Shown: positions 24,703 through 39,921, counted from the first letter of the stretch. The stretch: DNA of 64,000 nt from Octopus sinensis (GCF_006345805.1 NC_043001.1:42780001-42844000); one strand, 5' to 3'. Notes: a model not told the origin generated them from the sequence alone. Numbers and translations: made by a program.

Positions 24703-26897
24703 TTATTGATTTTTTTTTTACGGAATCAAAAAAAAAAAAAAATCCGGAAAAAGTGAAAAATAAAGAGTTGGAATTGAAATTTTGAAAATGCGATTTATGA
24801 AATTTTTTTTCAGAATCCTCTTTAACCAAAAACGTGGAATTCCGTTAAAAAAACCCTCAATATATATCAATTTTACCCCAAGTTATGATGGAAAAATTGG
24901 ATCTTGTGAAGTTTCCGAAAGTCCACACCTCACCCCCAGGCTCGTCAGCGCGCAGCAGAAGTTTAGAATTGTCGACCAATGCAGAGATCTAGGCTGAAAA
25001 GTGAACTTTGAATAACTTGTTTCAATCAGTTGGTGTTTCGGGTATTTTGGAGATTTCAGAAAGATTTGCTAAATGTCGGTTGATCAGAAATATTTCTACA
25101 TGCATTGTAAATACGAATAAATTAATATGCATGCATTGTACATGATTGTAAAAACAATTATAGATGGCGCTGCAATAGTTGAAAACAGGAAGTATGTGAT
25201 AGGGTTTGTACTTTGACAAATCTAAACTGGATCTTACAATTAATGACCTACATTTATATTTAGAATAAAGACTTACTTTGGAAGGATGGCAAAACAGAAA
25301 CAAAAGTTACTGAACTATTCTAATTTTTCTCCACAACCAGACACATTTCTAACACGATGTATATGCTTTATAAAACATTTCTTAACCAGACACATTTTCT
25401 CATGCACAGACAGTATACAGAAGTAACAGACATCATTTACATGAATAAAACTCTTAAACTTATCAACTAAATATAATCATTGCAGAACTGGTATCCATAA
25501 AACAAAATCCAGCACAAGCCAACAAGAAAATGTGAACAATCATTCTGCTAATAATAACAGCCAAATCTCACAAGTCACCTACTTTTCTGTATTTTTGTTT
25601 TCTCAACATCTGAAAAGGTGCCTAAAACCCGATCTGGAATATTCATATTGTTCAGAGAAGTGTTTATGTAACATGTTTGAAGAGCATTAGACTGAAAAAC
25701 TTTGAATTTGTTACTCATTACACAAGAAAAAAAATCTTAGTGCCTTTCCACTGATTATTATCAAATGAAGAAGTTTAAGTTAATGTTTCAGTGGGCCATG
25801 AACATTATACTATCTTAATTCCATCTAGATCTGGAGACTGGTGCTTGCTAAGAAGTTAGTATATGTAATAAGGATAGAAATATAGCTGTTGTATCTTCAA
25901 CAAAACTTGTCTTACTTTTCTGCTGAAGCCAAATCACTTGCAATTGGAAATGTTATGACATTCCATTTTCACTTCTATTAATCAATTTCATATGATTATG
26001 AGACTTAGACTTCCAGAATAAATCCCTTCACTTGAATTCTTTGGTTGGTCTCTGCATTAACTGAATTAAGAAAGTGATCTGTCACCAACTTTATGGTGAT
26101 CTCCATTTGACCAAGTAGTGTACACTGACATATGCACTTGACAAAAGTGTGCCAACAAAAGAATGAATGAAAATATATCCTACTATTGAAATAATTAAAA
26201 AAAATTTCAAGTGACAGTAACACCTCTTCAACATTGTTTCAAAAGTGATGATATTAGAAATATGTTATTGATTTATTTAGTTTCACATCAGTCACTATAC
26301 CTTTCAGGTAGTTTATGAGTAAATAAATATGACTGAATTTAATTGCCAAAAGAGTATCATTACTCAAGAACATTGATAAAAGAATATTATTAGAAACTTA
26401 AAAACCATGAAATACCTCAAAAATACAATTCTGTATTTTAAGATATACTTCACATAAAATCCTCATAGTCCAGTTCATTATATGATCTTACCAGTGTGAT
26501 AATTGCTACTGCAGTTCTCTCACATTTAGGATGTTATTTTGTTCCACTTATACAATCATTGATATATGAGACAAAATTCTCTATGTGATTGTTCTAGACA
26601 AGTAGTTTCAACAGTCTTATAAACTGTTGGTTACACATAACCAACCTTATCTTGAAGTGCATTTTTGTGCATAGTTGACCTTGAAGAACGCTATGAGAAT
26701 CAACTAGCTACAAAGTTCACAAATATTGTAAATCATGTTGCTATCAACAGCTAACAGGTCCACTAATTCATGTCTTTAAAGTTGTCAGATGGATTTGAAT
26801 TACTTCAAAAGCAACAACAGTATGGTGTAGGGAATAAAAGCTAAGGCTAACAGTATCTTGCATTTGAGGCATACTTACTCATTATGATATTCTTTAA

Positions 26898-27117
26898 CCC
26901 TTTCATTATTGTATTTATTTTGAGATGCTCTATGTTTCTTTCAATTATTTTAAATATAACAAAGAATTTAGTAAACTAACTTAGTTATCATTCAGCTAGT
27001 GTTAGGAACATAAATTGTGACTAAGGTTTGGTGGAAGATTTTAATTCAAAACTTATGAAAACAAGACATTTGTACTCAGAGCCAGAGCTGGTTTCAACCA
27101 GGTTGGTAATGAAAGGG
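26898..27117. mobile_element. TTAA-flanked MITE (piggyBac-type)
   Basis: TTAA|CCCTTTCATTA ... TAATGAAAGGG|TTAA. Confidence 0.85.
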
Positions 27118-28769
27118 TTAACAAGGTTTTTGCTGCATTGATTCAAATGAAATAGGAAGCTGACAATTATAATTTGTTGACTGAAAACATAGTTTAGTGC
27201 ATTGTGAAAGCCATTTTCACAATCTCATGATAAAAAGAAGTAGGTTACAAATTATTTTTTAATGAGCAAATAGTTTCAAATACTTTTATGTATGCGTCTT
27301 TTTTATTGAAGGAAAATGTACACTGTTGGTAATATTGTACCTCTCTTCCTAGTATGAAATGCTGTCAACTGATAGAAAAGATAAAGGGCAATTTTGAAGG
27401 CCCATAAAAATAGACAGTCACCATTATTTGCAAAAATTTATAGATTTTCTTCAGAACCAAAGATGAAAAATGTATTAGAATTATCAAAACCAGAGCCTCT
27501 TCTCTCAGTGTAGATATCAACAGCCTGAGAATATTAGTTTCCTTGATAGCTTTAGGATTCAGTACTGATTTACCATCATTCTATAGATTAATTTTGTATT
27601 TAGAAAATTAAATAGCTTCTAGTGATAGAACAAGTTGTTCTTGTATCAGAAATCTTGGTGTACCTTGAATTTGCTGCTCTTTGCTGAATTGTTGATAAAT
27701 ATTGTTTTACTTCTGACTTTATTACACTTGTTACATGGTTATAATTTCTTCTGGTGTTTACTTATTCACACTTCACCAGAATGCTAACTCTAGATATTAT
27801 GCAGTTTCAAGACTTGATGTAATTTTTTGAAGTTTTTTACCAACTTGATTGATGAAATAATCCACTTATTTGTGCAATTTCCTGTTTTGAAAACTGAACT
27901 TTGTTCTTACAAAATAACAAAAATTTTCCCCAATTCTTAATTTATTAAAATCAGTGACATGCAGCTAGTCGTGTCACAACATAGAAATTTGTGTGGTAAA
28001 ATAAATAACAGATCCATTTTAAAAATATGAAGCAATTTGTTACTGGTGATCTAATGTCATTCATTCTTTTTATCAGTGTTCTTTTGTTTGACATGTATAT
28101 GTTGTCACATAACCAACAAGATAACAGCTTACTAAGTTTGTCTGAAACTCACTCTCTGTTAAGTCATCATCTGAGAACTGACCTAGGGAAAGATAAACCG
28201 TAGGCATTCTTTCAAACTGTGGTCAAGACCCCGATGTGCCACAACCATTGATGAATTTAGGAGACTGGTGATGGAATAGGAAGAGTGATGCAGGCTTCAT
28301 TATGCTTGATGCAAGTATAAGTTATAGTCAGTAGAGGAAGATGAGATCATTGCCAACAACTTAATGTAGTGAACCAAAGCATTTTAATAAAATTAGACTT
28401 GTAGTGAGTAAGAACTATTAACTTAACAATCAATTTTGGGCAAAATGGACAGGGGAGACAACTCTAAACTTTTAAACTTTATGAGAAATAGAATTGAGTA
28501 ATGCAGTGGTGGAGAGTGAATGTAATTTTTGGCAGTATAGAAACATCACTGGACATGATACATGATAACTTGATACAGTCTTGATACATGATAACTTGAA
28601 ATAGAGATGAAGGAAAAATACACTAGAACATGTCCTACATGAAAATCAAATAGTAAAGTTTTCCTTTCTTGCATGGGTCAGACGGAAATTATTATATTTC
28701 CCATGACTAGACGTCTTCAGAGAAGGTTGGAAATGAAGGACACCACTTGCATGATGGTGACTTGTTTAC

Positions 28770-28918
28770 TTCTTTCATTTCTGTCCACCAAATCACAAGA
28801 TTTTGATTGGCTCAGAGCTGTAGTAGAAGACACTTGCCCAAGGTGCCATGCAGTAGGCTTGAACCCAGAACCATGTGGTTGGAAAGCAAATTTCTTATCA
28901 CAAAGCCACATCTGCACC
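28770..28918 (-). mobile_element. tRNA-derived SINE, 5' part, decayed
   Basis: tagtagaagacacttgcccaaggtgccatgcag...aaccatgtggttgg. Confidence 0.75.
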
Positions 28919-29674
28919 TAGCATGCTTAATGAGGAAAAAGATTAAACATTTCTTGACTTTAGATTATGTTAGCATTGATCATTTTGGTTTTCATGTAGA
29001 GTTTGTCCCAAGGTATATTTCCCTTATCCCTTTTTAAATTGTTCACATTACAAAGTGGTTATTCACAAAAATCTATACTTCATAGAGGAGGTCTAATAAA
29101 GCACTAACATGCCCATAGTTGTCACTGTATTACCAAAATTACATTCAATTGCTATAGCATCGCACAAATTCTATTTCCATTAAATTTAATTAAAATTTTA
29201 GAGTTGTCTTGTTTAGTTAGGATGGTATTTAACTAGATATAATTATGCAGATAAGAAAAAAAACTAATTTTATCATTGACTAATATTATTTTCATTCAGC
29301 AAGTATGAGAGACAACTCCAGACATGTTTTAGTTTTATGACCCCATTAGCAAAGCTTAGACTTCACTGTTCATGCTAAGAAACACTAAGTAAATGTACAA
29401 GAATATAAACTGGTCGGCATAGAAAGCTAGAATGATTTTGAGAATAACTAACTATATTGTATAGTAATATTATTTAACAAATCTTATACCAAAAGAAAAA
29501 ATTTCCCACCTAACAACTTAAATATTGTTCCAAGTGGAAAGTAATCTGAGAGAGTCTACTGGTGAAATTATTGAAATCATATGTTGTTGATTAGTAGTGA
29601 ATGTTTCATTTTTCTTCACTAAATTCACAATATTTATTTGTAGGTTTTCAGTAAGAAATTGTTGGAGAGTTAAA

Positions 29675-29788
29675 ATGAGTACGGATAATAAAGTACCTGC
29701 TAAGGTGGTGCAAATATATCAAGATATTAGTGGAGATGACCCTGATGTCACTGAAATTGAAAGCCTTTGTGTCAATTGTGAATTACAG
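29675..29788 (+). CDS. ZPR1: ZPR1 coding exon 1
   Basis: MSTDNKVP...[15 protein letters not shown]|gtaaat. An upstream acceptor (ttgtag at 29643) suggests an extra 5' exon. Confidence 0.92.
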
Positions 29789-32700
29789 GTAAATATCAGT
29801 TTTTGATTAATTACAGAGTAATTGTCATTGTTAAAGAAATATTTGTCAATGGAAAAACTAGTTGAAAGTTTAAATAGCTAAATAAGTAATTTTCTTAGCT
29901 TAATTCAATTTCATGTCTCTGGAAGAACAAGGAACAATATCAAGTAGCTAAAAGAAAAGTTAGGTATCATGTAGACACATTATGGAGAGAAGCTGGCAGT
30001 AAGAGGGATGCCAAAATTTTACATTGAAAGGATTAGCAGCTTGAAGTGTTAGATTACAAAGCAGTGTGCCGGTGTGAATAAAAATATTGTCTGGGAAAGT
30101 GTGCATGGAATGATAGCTGCATACTTGCCCTTGCTGATGCTCAGAAGAAAGAGATGTGAAAACTTCACTACTAGAGATTTCTGAATTAGAAGAATGTATA
30201 AAAGATTCAGAAAATACCCAGTAGACAACAAGTGGTGCCAGCTATTGTAGTTGATAGTTAATATAGTCAAAAGCACAATCAAGCATATGAAGATAGGGAA
30301 ACAGACATACAGTTAAGGTTAGTCTCTTAGATGTGAAAATATCTAGTGAAGTGGGACATGTACTAACCACCCGCATGTCAGATAGGTGTCATTAGTTAAT
30401 CACTAATCATCAATTGCTAGCAAGGCAACTTCAAAAGAATGCAATTGATGGACTATGTTATCAAAGTATAAATTCTGTACAATGTATCCAATACAGACAA
30501 TGAATACACAAGCAGTTCAGTGATATCAGACAAGTTGACAGTGAACGTAAACTTTGTATGTAGCAGATGCACAGGAGTAATAATCTGTAAGAGTGCACAG
30601 GAAATAGATTTTCTTAAAAGCTCACAAGAATCCCTAAAGGTAATAGATAGCTTCTGTTACTTAGGCACCCAATTAGCAGTGGTGATGGTGGTCTTAAAGT
30701 ATAGTTATTAGAATAAGAACAAATTGTATTGTATAAAGTTCAGAGAGCTATTCTCTTGGTAATAAAATATTTTCTCTCGCAGAATGGAGTGGTGTTAATT
30801 ACAGTAAATTTATTTTTGGTCTGCTTACAAACTTGGTACTATTTCTTTTTAATTTTGTGAAAGTGTAACTGTATATGTAGTAACAAGTTGATGAAGATAA
30901 TTCTACTATTCTAAAACTGTTTTTATTAATTTTTATTAATATCAAAATTCAATTTGAATAATTATTGATATTTTAAAAATCTTTTGCACCAGGGCAAAAC
31001 CAAAATCTTACTCACTAAAATCCCATTTTTCAAGGAAGTGATTATTATGTCATTTCAATGTGATCATTGTGGATTTCATAACAATGAACTAAAGCCAGGT
31101 TCAGCTATACAACAACTAGGTGTGCAGTACAAAGTTCGAATTATTTCTAAGAAGGTAAGAAACTGTCTTTTTATTATCATACCTGTTAGTTATTATTCCA
31201 TACAGATTATCATATAAATGGCATTCATTACAAAGTACTTGCTAATTTAGCTCTTCAGCAGATAATATGGTCAACGAACACTGAGTTCAACTTTGCTTTC
31301 ATCCTTTTCCAATTACTAGGTTGATTATATTAACTGTACCCACCACCAAAATATGTAGCCTTGATACAATGTTTAGAATCACTTCAGCCATTTACAAAAA
31401 ATGTAAACATTTTCATTCTTTAAGACTGAATAGTTCTACATATTTACTGCATATTTGTAGTTTTGTTTTCAAGATATATTTCCTTAAACCAAAGTAGAGC
31501 AAGAAGACTTGTAAGCTTTGCTATTCTGCTACATTATGATTTTTAAGAAATATAAATAAACAACAAATAAATTTGCGTTTTTTTTTTATACTCTGTTGCC
31601 AAGTTCCTCATCTTGGTGTTTTGAAAATATACATTACTTACTAATATAAGTATCTTAATCAGGAAGCAGGAGTGTAGACAATACAATTAAATTACCTTAA
31701 GCAAGGAGGACACAGTTCAGTGTGGCAGAATTTGAAGCTAATCAAGTGTTTGTGGTAATTTTTGATTCAATGACTGTTTCCTTATGAACCAAAAAAAAAA
31801 CCCCAAAAAATCCCCAAAACAAAAACAAAAAAACTGGTTTTGAAGCTAAAATTTCATTTTAGTACAGTGACTTATACAATTTTAATTATTAACAAGCATA
31901 AATGTTGCATGTCTTAACCCTTTCGTTACCAAACCACCCCCAAAAAAGTTTGGTTAATGTGACCAAACCACCCAAACCCGCCCGTATTTACCTATTCCTA
32001 TTTAAATGAGAATATCAGAGCAAATCTCTTTAGAACATTCGTGAAAACATGTGATTATACTTCGTAAACAGTTCATCTACAGTTTTGTACTACGATCGAA
32101 GTGTAATTTTAATTCCGTGAATTTTGGGAGATTTTTTTCCGAAATTTGTTCCTATTGTGTTTTCAAAATTTGTAATTCTGACAAAAAAATGGATACGAAT
32201 TTCATTATATCAAGCAGCGAGTCAGAATTCGAAGGCTTTTCTACTGAAGACCTTGATAAATCTAACTCTATGACTGAAAAAAAAAGCACGCGGTATTTGA
32301 TAATGAATCCGATGTTTCATTTTCCAAAAGTGAAAACAGTGAATCCGAGAGCTCCGACAGCAATAAAGAAAATAAATTGGCACCTGAATGGAGTGAAAAT
32401 TTAAAAACTGTTTCGTTCGGTGATTTTTCTGAAGAAACTGGACCAAGCCACAGTCTCCCAGGAGAGTAAAGCCTTAGACTATTTCTATTTACTTTTTCGA
32501 ATGAGCCCATTTGAAATCATTACGGCGGAAACGAACCGTTACGCTAAATGTAAACAAAGCGAAAGAAAGGATAGTTTGTGGTTTCCCACAACCTTAAATG
32601 AAATTAAGGCCTATTTTGCCATAAATATTATTATGGGTATCAGAAAGTTACCCAGAATAACAAATTCTATCGTAAAATTTTGTTGTATATCCAATTGAAT

Positions 32701-35700
32701 ATTAGCTAATAACCCATTTTCTATAGCGATGTTTGAACAAAATTTTAATAATTTTATATTTTGTTGAATTTACCTGTATCTACCTGTAATTAGAGTCACT
32801 TTGTGACAAAAATTATAGTATAGAATTGGTTGAGAACATTTCATTAAATTATCTTCCAAAAATCACATTAATATATTGATAAATAAAAAAGTTATAGTTG
32901 TTTAATGAAACCAGACTAAAATTATGATTATGTTAGAAATTAATTGAAACACATAAGGGGTGTATTTTGGTCAGAAATATAGTAACGAAAGGGTTAATGC
33001 ATTTTGTAACATTAAGAAACATGCTGCTGTTGTTAAGTGATCATATCTGAGCTGACTGGTAGCAGTTACTTCCAGCTTCAAATGGGATTTTAGCCTGTTT
33101 TCAGCTAAGAAGAGGTTCTTTATGATTTTTTTTTTTTTTAAGTTTGCATTTCAATATCACTTACTATTTAACCCTTTAGCATTCACATTATTTTGTCAAA
33201 TGTAAAGCTTATTTATTCACATTGTTTTGAATTCATCATGCATTATGTTGTAACTTTGTGAGTTTGATGAGGTAATTGTTAATTTTTAGAATGATAATGT
33301 AGGGTTGGTGTGAAAGGACAGATTTGACCAGTTTCGACATAAAACAAGTAGAATATTTTGGCTGGATACAACTAGTGTAAATGCTAAAGGGTTAATATTG
33401 TTTTCAATTTTGAATGTCATAGAATACAACTGTATCATTGCTATCCAATGCTCCCACCACTATATACCCAAGTTTTCACCATTCACTTCATTCCCCTCCC
33501 CCATTCTCTACTTACACTTCTTTAGCAATGCCCTGCCACTTATATTATGACCTCCGTACCTCTAGGGTGTACCCTGGCACTTGCCACCATCTCTGTCTCT
33601 CTCTCTTCTTTTACTTGACCATCCCATTTATATTATCATCCCAGTCCCTTGTGAGTTTGCCTGGTATTTTGCCACCATCTCTCCTTCTCCTGCTCTTCTC
33701 TCAGGTTGGGTAACCATGTATCCCCTTTACAGCAGCACACCTGTTTCTGTCCTCATTTCTCTCTCTCTCTCTCTCTCTGGCTGGGTAACCATGTACATCT
33801 GCTACAGCAAGACACCTGTTTCTGTCTCCTCTGTCTAACTATAAGCTTTCATCATCTGACACAAGATGCTCTCTTCCAATGCCTCCTCTCCTCTCAAAAG
33901 ATCTTTGTCTTGCAAATTACTTGGTGATCCTGCTAGTGTTGGTGCCACTGAAAAAGCATCCAGTCCACACTTTAAAGTAGTTGGCATTAGGAAGGGCATC
34001 CAGCTGTAAATACCATGCCAGAACTGGCTTCACCTGTGCTTGTGCTATGTAAAAAGCACTCAGTCCATTCTGCTGGGTGGTTGGTGTTAGGAACGACTTC
34101 CGATCCGTAAAATCCATGTTAAAACAGACACAGAAGTCTAGTGCAGACTCCTACCTGGCCAGCTCCTGTCAAACCATGCCAGTATGGAAGGCGGACGTTA
34201 AACGGTGTTGATGATGATGACAACTGTATCACAAACACATAGCTGTTTGGTTAATAGGTTTGCTTTGCAATTTAGTGGTTTTGAATTAGATCTGAATATA
34301 ATGACCTGTTATATTAAGTCTTTTCCTATAGTTTTGAATCAATCCTAACCTTGTGAGACAAAATGGGTTGGCAGAAACTATGCAGAAGCCTATCAAATGG
34401 ACTGTGCTTCTTAAGTGGTAGATTTAATCTGCCACGTAGCTTAACATCACCACTCACTCTTGCACAGAAACCCTAAATGTAGAGAACATGTCTGACAATG
34501 AAAAAATTTCAGCTTTAATTATATTTTCTGCCTTCATCAATTGTATCAAAAATATACCTATACAAGAATATTGATTGTTTTATTTTTCGTATTATGTTAC
34601 AGGATTTAAACCGGCAAGTTATTCAAACTGATTCTGCTTCAGTAAAAATACCAGAACTAGACTTTGAAGTTCCACCAGGGAAAGGAAGTGAGTTGCTGTT
34701 GACATTGAATCAAGTATTATGTGATCCTTGAATCAGTATTGTAACTTGGCTGATTTAGTATTGAACCATTTCCCTTTTTCATCAGTTCATGGCTTTTTCT
34801 TACCTTTAGTATTTATTTCCTTTATAGAATAATAGACAATTATTCACAGCTTCTTCAAGATCTTTATTTTCAGTTTGATTTAGACAATTGTGCTTCTTTT
34901 CTTGTATATATCACCAGCTGTCTGAGAGTAAAAATTTCAATATTTTCTCTAATTCTTTGCTTTTTGTCATCATCTAATGACAGTTAATAATAGTATCTGC
35001 AAAGAATAGGGAAGGAAAAGACACTGAAAAAAATCCTCAATAGATTTTTTTAGCACATTTACTTTCAAAATGAACTAGTGGACACTTGTATGAAAATTTC
35101 ATTTATATAAAACCTCCCTATATATGTTACTGATGTTTTAGATTATAAAACAATATTCTTCCTTTGTATCAAAGTATTTTTATACAAATATGATGGGTTT
35201 TCTTTAAAACACATAGGAACAACTACCTAGGGATCCACCAAGGTTCAGTCCTTAGTCCTCTCCTATTTATCATAGTCCTCCAGGCAATAACAGAGGAATT
35301 CAAGACAGGATGCCCCTGGGAGCTCCTCTATGCTGACGACCTTGCTCTAATTGCTGAGTCACTATCAGAACTAGAGGAGAAGTTTCAGATGTGGAAACAA
35401 GGATTAGAATCGAAGGGCCTTAGAATCAGCCTAGCTAAAACCAAAGTTCTAATAAGTAGGAATAAGTAGGAAGGCAGGCAAACCACAAATACCTTCAGGT
35501 TGATGGCCCTGCTCGATCTGTAGAAAAGGCGTAGGTAGAAACTCTATAAGATGTACCCAGTGTAAGCTATGGACACATAAGAGGTGCAGCAATATCAAAG
35601 GAAGGCTAACTGGGAAGATAGTTTTTGTATGTGGCAGATGCTCAGGAGCAATAAACACTGAAAATATGCAGAGAACAACTTCCGTCGCATTCCAGGGAGA

Positions 35701-38700
35701 AAAACTAGGAGTAGTTGATAGCTTCCGTTACCTAAGTGACCAAGTCAGTAGTGGGGGAGGGTATGCTGAAAGTGTAGCTGCTAGAATAAGAATAGCCTGG
35801 GCAAAGTTCAGAGAGCTCTTACTTCTGCTGGTGATGAAGGGCCTCTCGCTCAGAGTAAAAGGTAGACTGTATGACGCATGTGTGCAAACAGCCATGCTAT
35901 ATGGCAGTGAATCATGGGTTGTGACTGCTGAGGACATGCGTAAGCTCACAAGGAATGAAGCCAGTATGATCCGATGGATGTGTAATGTCAGTGTGCATAC
36001 TCGACAGAGTGTAAGTACCTTGAGAAGCATCAGGTGTAGTGTGCAAGAGAGACGACTGCGCTGGTATGATCGTGTGGCGAGAATGGATGAGGATAGCTGT
36101 GTGAAAAAGTGCCACATCCTAGCGGTTGAGGGAACCTGTGGAAGAGGTAGACTCAGGAAGACCTGGAGTGAAGTGGTGAAGCATGGCCTTCGAACTTTAG
36201 GCCTCACCAAGGAAATGACTAGTGACTAAGACTTTTGGAAATTGCTGTGCTTGAGAAGACCCGGCAAGCCAAATGAGACTATAACCTTGTGGTCTATGCC
36301 AGGGGTGTAACCAGCCCACTTATGCATACCTTCCCTTCATTGGACACTGCTTGCGAAGACCTGTTGAGGCAAGTGAAATCGAAATCAAATTCGATGACTG
36401 GCATCCATGCTAGTGGTGCACTAAGAGCACCATCTGAGTGTTATCATTGCCAGAGCAGCTATCTGGCATCCGTGCCAGTGGCACGTAAAAAACACCATTC
36501 GAGTGTGATCATTACCAGTATTGCCTTACTGGCACTTATGCCGGTGGCACATAAAAAAAAACACCATTTGGGCATGGCCGTTACCAGTACCGCCTGACTG
36601 GCCCTCATGTCAGTGGCATGTAAAAGCACTCACTACACTCTCGGAGTGGTTGGTGTTAGGAAGGACATCCAGCTGTAGAAACTCTGCCAAATCAAGATTG
36701 GAGCCTGGTGCAGCCATCTGGTTCGCCAGTCCTCAGTCAAAATTGTCCAACACATGCTAGCATGGAAAGCAGATGTTAAACTATGATGATATGACTTACT
36801 GCAATATTGTGTTTCAGTTGTCTGTTCAGAGCTTTGAGCATCTTGAGGTTTGTGTTTAATGCTCAATATTCATAAGTTCATGTACAAAAGAAGTACGTTT
36901 GTGAAATTGCAAATTACTCTTTGAAACACTTTCAGTAAGAAAATGCTGCTCTCTGGGACAGCATGATTATAAGATTTTGCACTATAGGAAAATTTACTCT
37001 TAAATTGAAAGAACAACCTACTGAGCCTACAAAATTAATGTTTCCTGTACTGTGTATACCCTGGTTTTTAGAAAAAACATATGTGCCTGTATGTTTTAAA
37101 GGGGTAGCTAAAAAGATTTCTATCAAAAGGTCATCTGGTCATAAAGCAATGTCTCATAGCAAAAGCATATGTAGAGATGCTGATGATAATGTATATTATT
37201 GAAATGAAAGTAAGATGTAAATATAAAACCACTAAAATATTGAAGGAAAGCAGCTCCTCTCCATTTCAAGATATACCTGGAATTCTAGAAATTATGTTAA
37301 TGTATTGATAATTCTCTATAGTTTCTGTTTAGTCACATATCTTTTAATGTATATTGTTCACTAAATATTACAAGAACATTGTAAATTGTTGGTAGCTAAA
37401 ATATCATCAAAGAGGTTATAAAGTAAATTTTGCAATTTTGACAAAAATGAATATTTCTCTACATAATATATTTATAAATATCAACAGTTGAAGGAATGGA
37501 AATAAGTAATGGAGGCTGGGATGTTAAGTCTCATAGATTAGATTGCACAGAAATGTGAGGCATGGCAATCTGCTACATTCCATATGTGTTTAATCTTTGA
37601 ATATATAGAAAAACTAACATTAACAATGGTTGTGAATCTAAAATTATTGTTCATAGTGTTTTTTTTTTAAATAACTTCTTATTAAAGATGATGCATTGGA
37701 TTCAGATGTTTAGTTGGTTTTCTATAAACATCTCTCTCATAATCTCTGTTGCAGGCATAACTAACGTTGAAGGTTTGATAACAAATGCAATAACAGGAAT
37801 TGAGTTTCAACAACCCCTCCGAAAAGTAAGTTATTAGAAATTTAGACTCTTTTAAGATTATTTTCTCTTTAATTTTGACAGGTTTTTTTTTAATGTATAC
37901 TGGTGTTTCTTATATTTTCCATCTTTGGTTGAAATTATAATGAAGTGAAAGATTGTAATAATTGATAATAATGACAGTGGTAATATTAATAGTGATGCCT
38001 ACCACCATCATCACAATTCATCACCATCTTCATTAAGGGTTGCCTTGTTATCTGGTCATTAATTCTTCTTTGTGCTTTGGCATTAAAAATTCACTTAATA
38101 AATAGTTTAATTAAGCCTTACTACAGATTATAATGTGGTTCTTATACATCTCATGCAGTTTACATTTTTTATGAAGAAATCTCTTTGTTTTCTGAAGAGA
38201 TAAAAAATTCCCAAAGCAATTTACAGCCACTGCTGATTCTTACTAAGACTTGTTAAACTAATAAATTAATCCTTTCCCTTGTGTTGATTATTTACTATTT
38301 TAAGTGATTTTGACACACCACTGTTTAAGTATTGATTCTGTGTTAGCTACTCTGGAATGCAGATTGAGACATAATTATCTGTGTTAGCTGTATTATGTCT
38401 TATTCTTACTTAAGCTTAACCCATTATATACCAAGTAATGTTATTTTATTATTGTTGTAAACAACCCTTTCATTTTCTTAATCTATTTTAGCCATGTTGA
38501 TATTATACTCAATTCAGCCTTCTCAAATATAGAATTAGTTTAATTGAATAAATATTTCAAGATATTGTGAGATATTTCTTGATCTGTTTCATAAGAATCT
38601 TCAAAAAGGGACAGTTGAAAGAGAAAGCTGCAAGGTTATATGTTTTGTTGAGTTTCTTATAAATTAAAGAGATAGTTTTGATATATTTCATATATTACAT

Positions 38701-39921
38701 ATTAAAACAAACTTAAGGCAGAATTATTCCTCCTGCCTCTTTGTGTACTGAATTCAAATCTTACTGAGGTCAACTTTGTCTTTCATCCTTTTGAAGTTAA
38801 AATAAGTTGTAGTTGAACCATGGAGAGTTGATGCAAAGGATTTAACTACTTCTCTAAAATTACTGACTTTATATCCAAATTTGATACCATTGTCTAAACA
38901 AGCTTATTTTATTATATTTGTTTCCTTTTTCTCTAGATACAACATCCTGAATTAGCAGAACAATTAGCTCAATTTGTCATTAAGTTGAAGAAACTTCTTG
39001 AAATGGAAAAACCATTTACACTTGTAAGTATTAAAAAAAATTATACATGAATAATAGTAGAGGTTACAAAGACGACTATGTTGAGTGATTTTTAGTGAGA
39101 AATGAATAGCATTTGCTAATCTAGAAGGGTTGAACATTAGAAGATACAAAGGGATAAATATATTTAATGGTAGGTTATTGATTGGAATTTGTTTGGGAGT
39201 GTTTAGTTTACCTAACAGCTGAACTACATTTCTTAGTTCTGGTTACGCAATATTTAAGTGGTCATGGTGATTATGTATACATATTGTACTTTGTAAAGCA
39301 TTAAAAACTATATTGAACGTATGTAAATTTTGTGTGTGCTATCTAAAAAATTATATATTTTCTAAGCAAGTATTTAATGAATATTTTTTATTTCAGATTA
39401 TTGATGACCCCAGTGGTAACAGCTTTATGGAGAATCCATATCCTTTAAAGATATACCTTTTTTCCTAATGATATATTTTCTTATGAATTATTTTCCTTTG
39501 ATTTCCTGCAAAAAACCCAATCTCTAATAAACATAACTTCCATTAAGCAAAGATAATACATAAAATTTCCATCTAATTGGTTTAAATTTATATGGTGATT
39601 AATATCCATTATTCTTGTGTCAGCTTGCCTGTGATACCAAACATCCTGAAATCTTATGCTATTGCCACTACCACAGCCATCACCACCATTATTCCCCATA
39701 TTTTTGTCATTCTCTGTCACAAGTACCTTCCACTCTCAGTATTTGTCATCCATTCACATCTCATGTCAATGCAGTTACTTCCCCTACCTATCTCAATACA
39801 GATGCTCAACTAACTAATATTTTGTCTTTCGTACAAGTTATACATGCAACATTTTACTCAAAAGAGATGTGAATCACATTTCTCTCTCTTCCCTACTATC
39901 TCTTTCTCTGTATATATATAT

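Noticed and set aside
15200-29600. Apolipoprotein-like gene in the TOMM40-ZPR1 gap
   Set aside because: I found no ORF or exon chain with a signal peptide and 11/22-residue amphipathic repeats; the interval is mostly transposon-derived. A small multi-exon gene cannot be fully excluded by eye.
36470-36640. CRISPR-like repeat/spacer look of the GTGCCAGTGGCACGTAAAAAGCAC modules
   Set aside because: The spacers are mutually similar, the units sit in a LINE 3' UTR found in several copies, the context is eukaryotic, and there are no cas genes.
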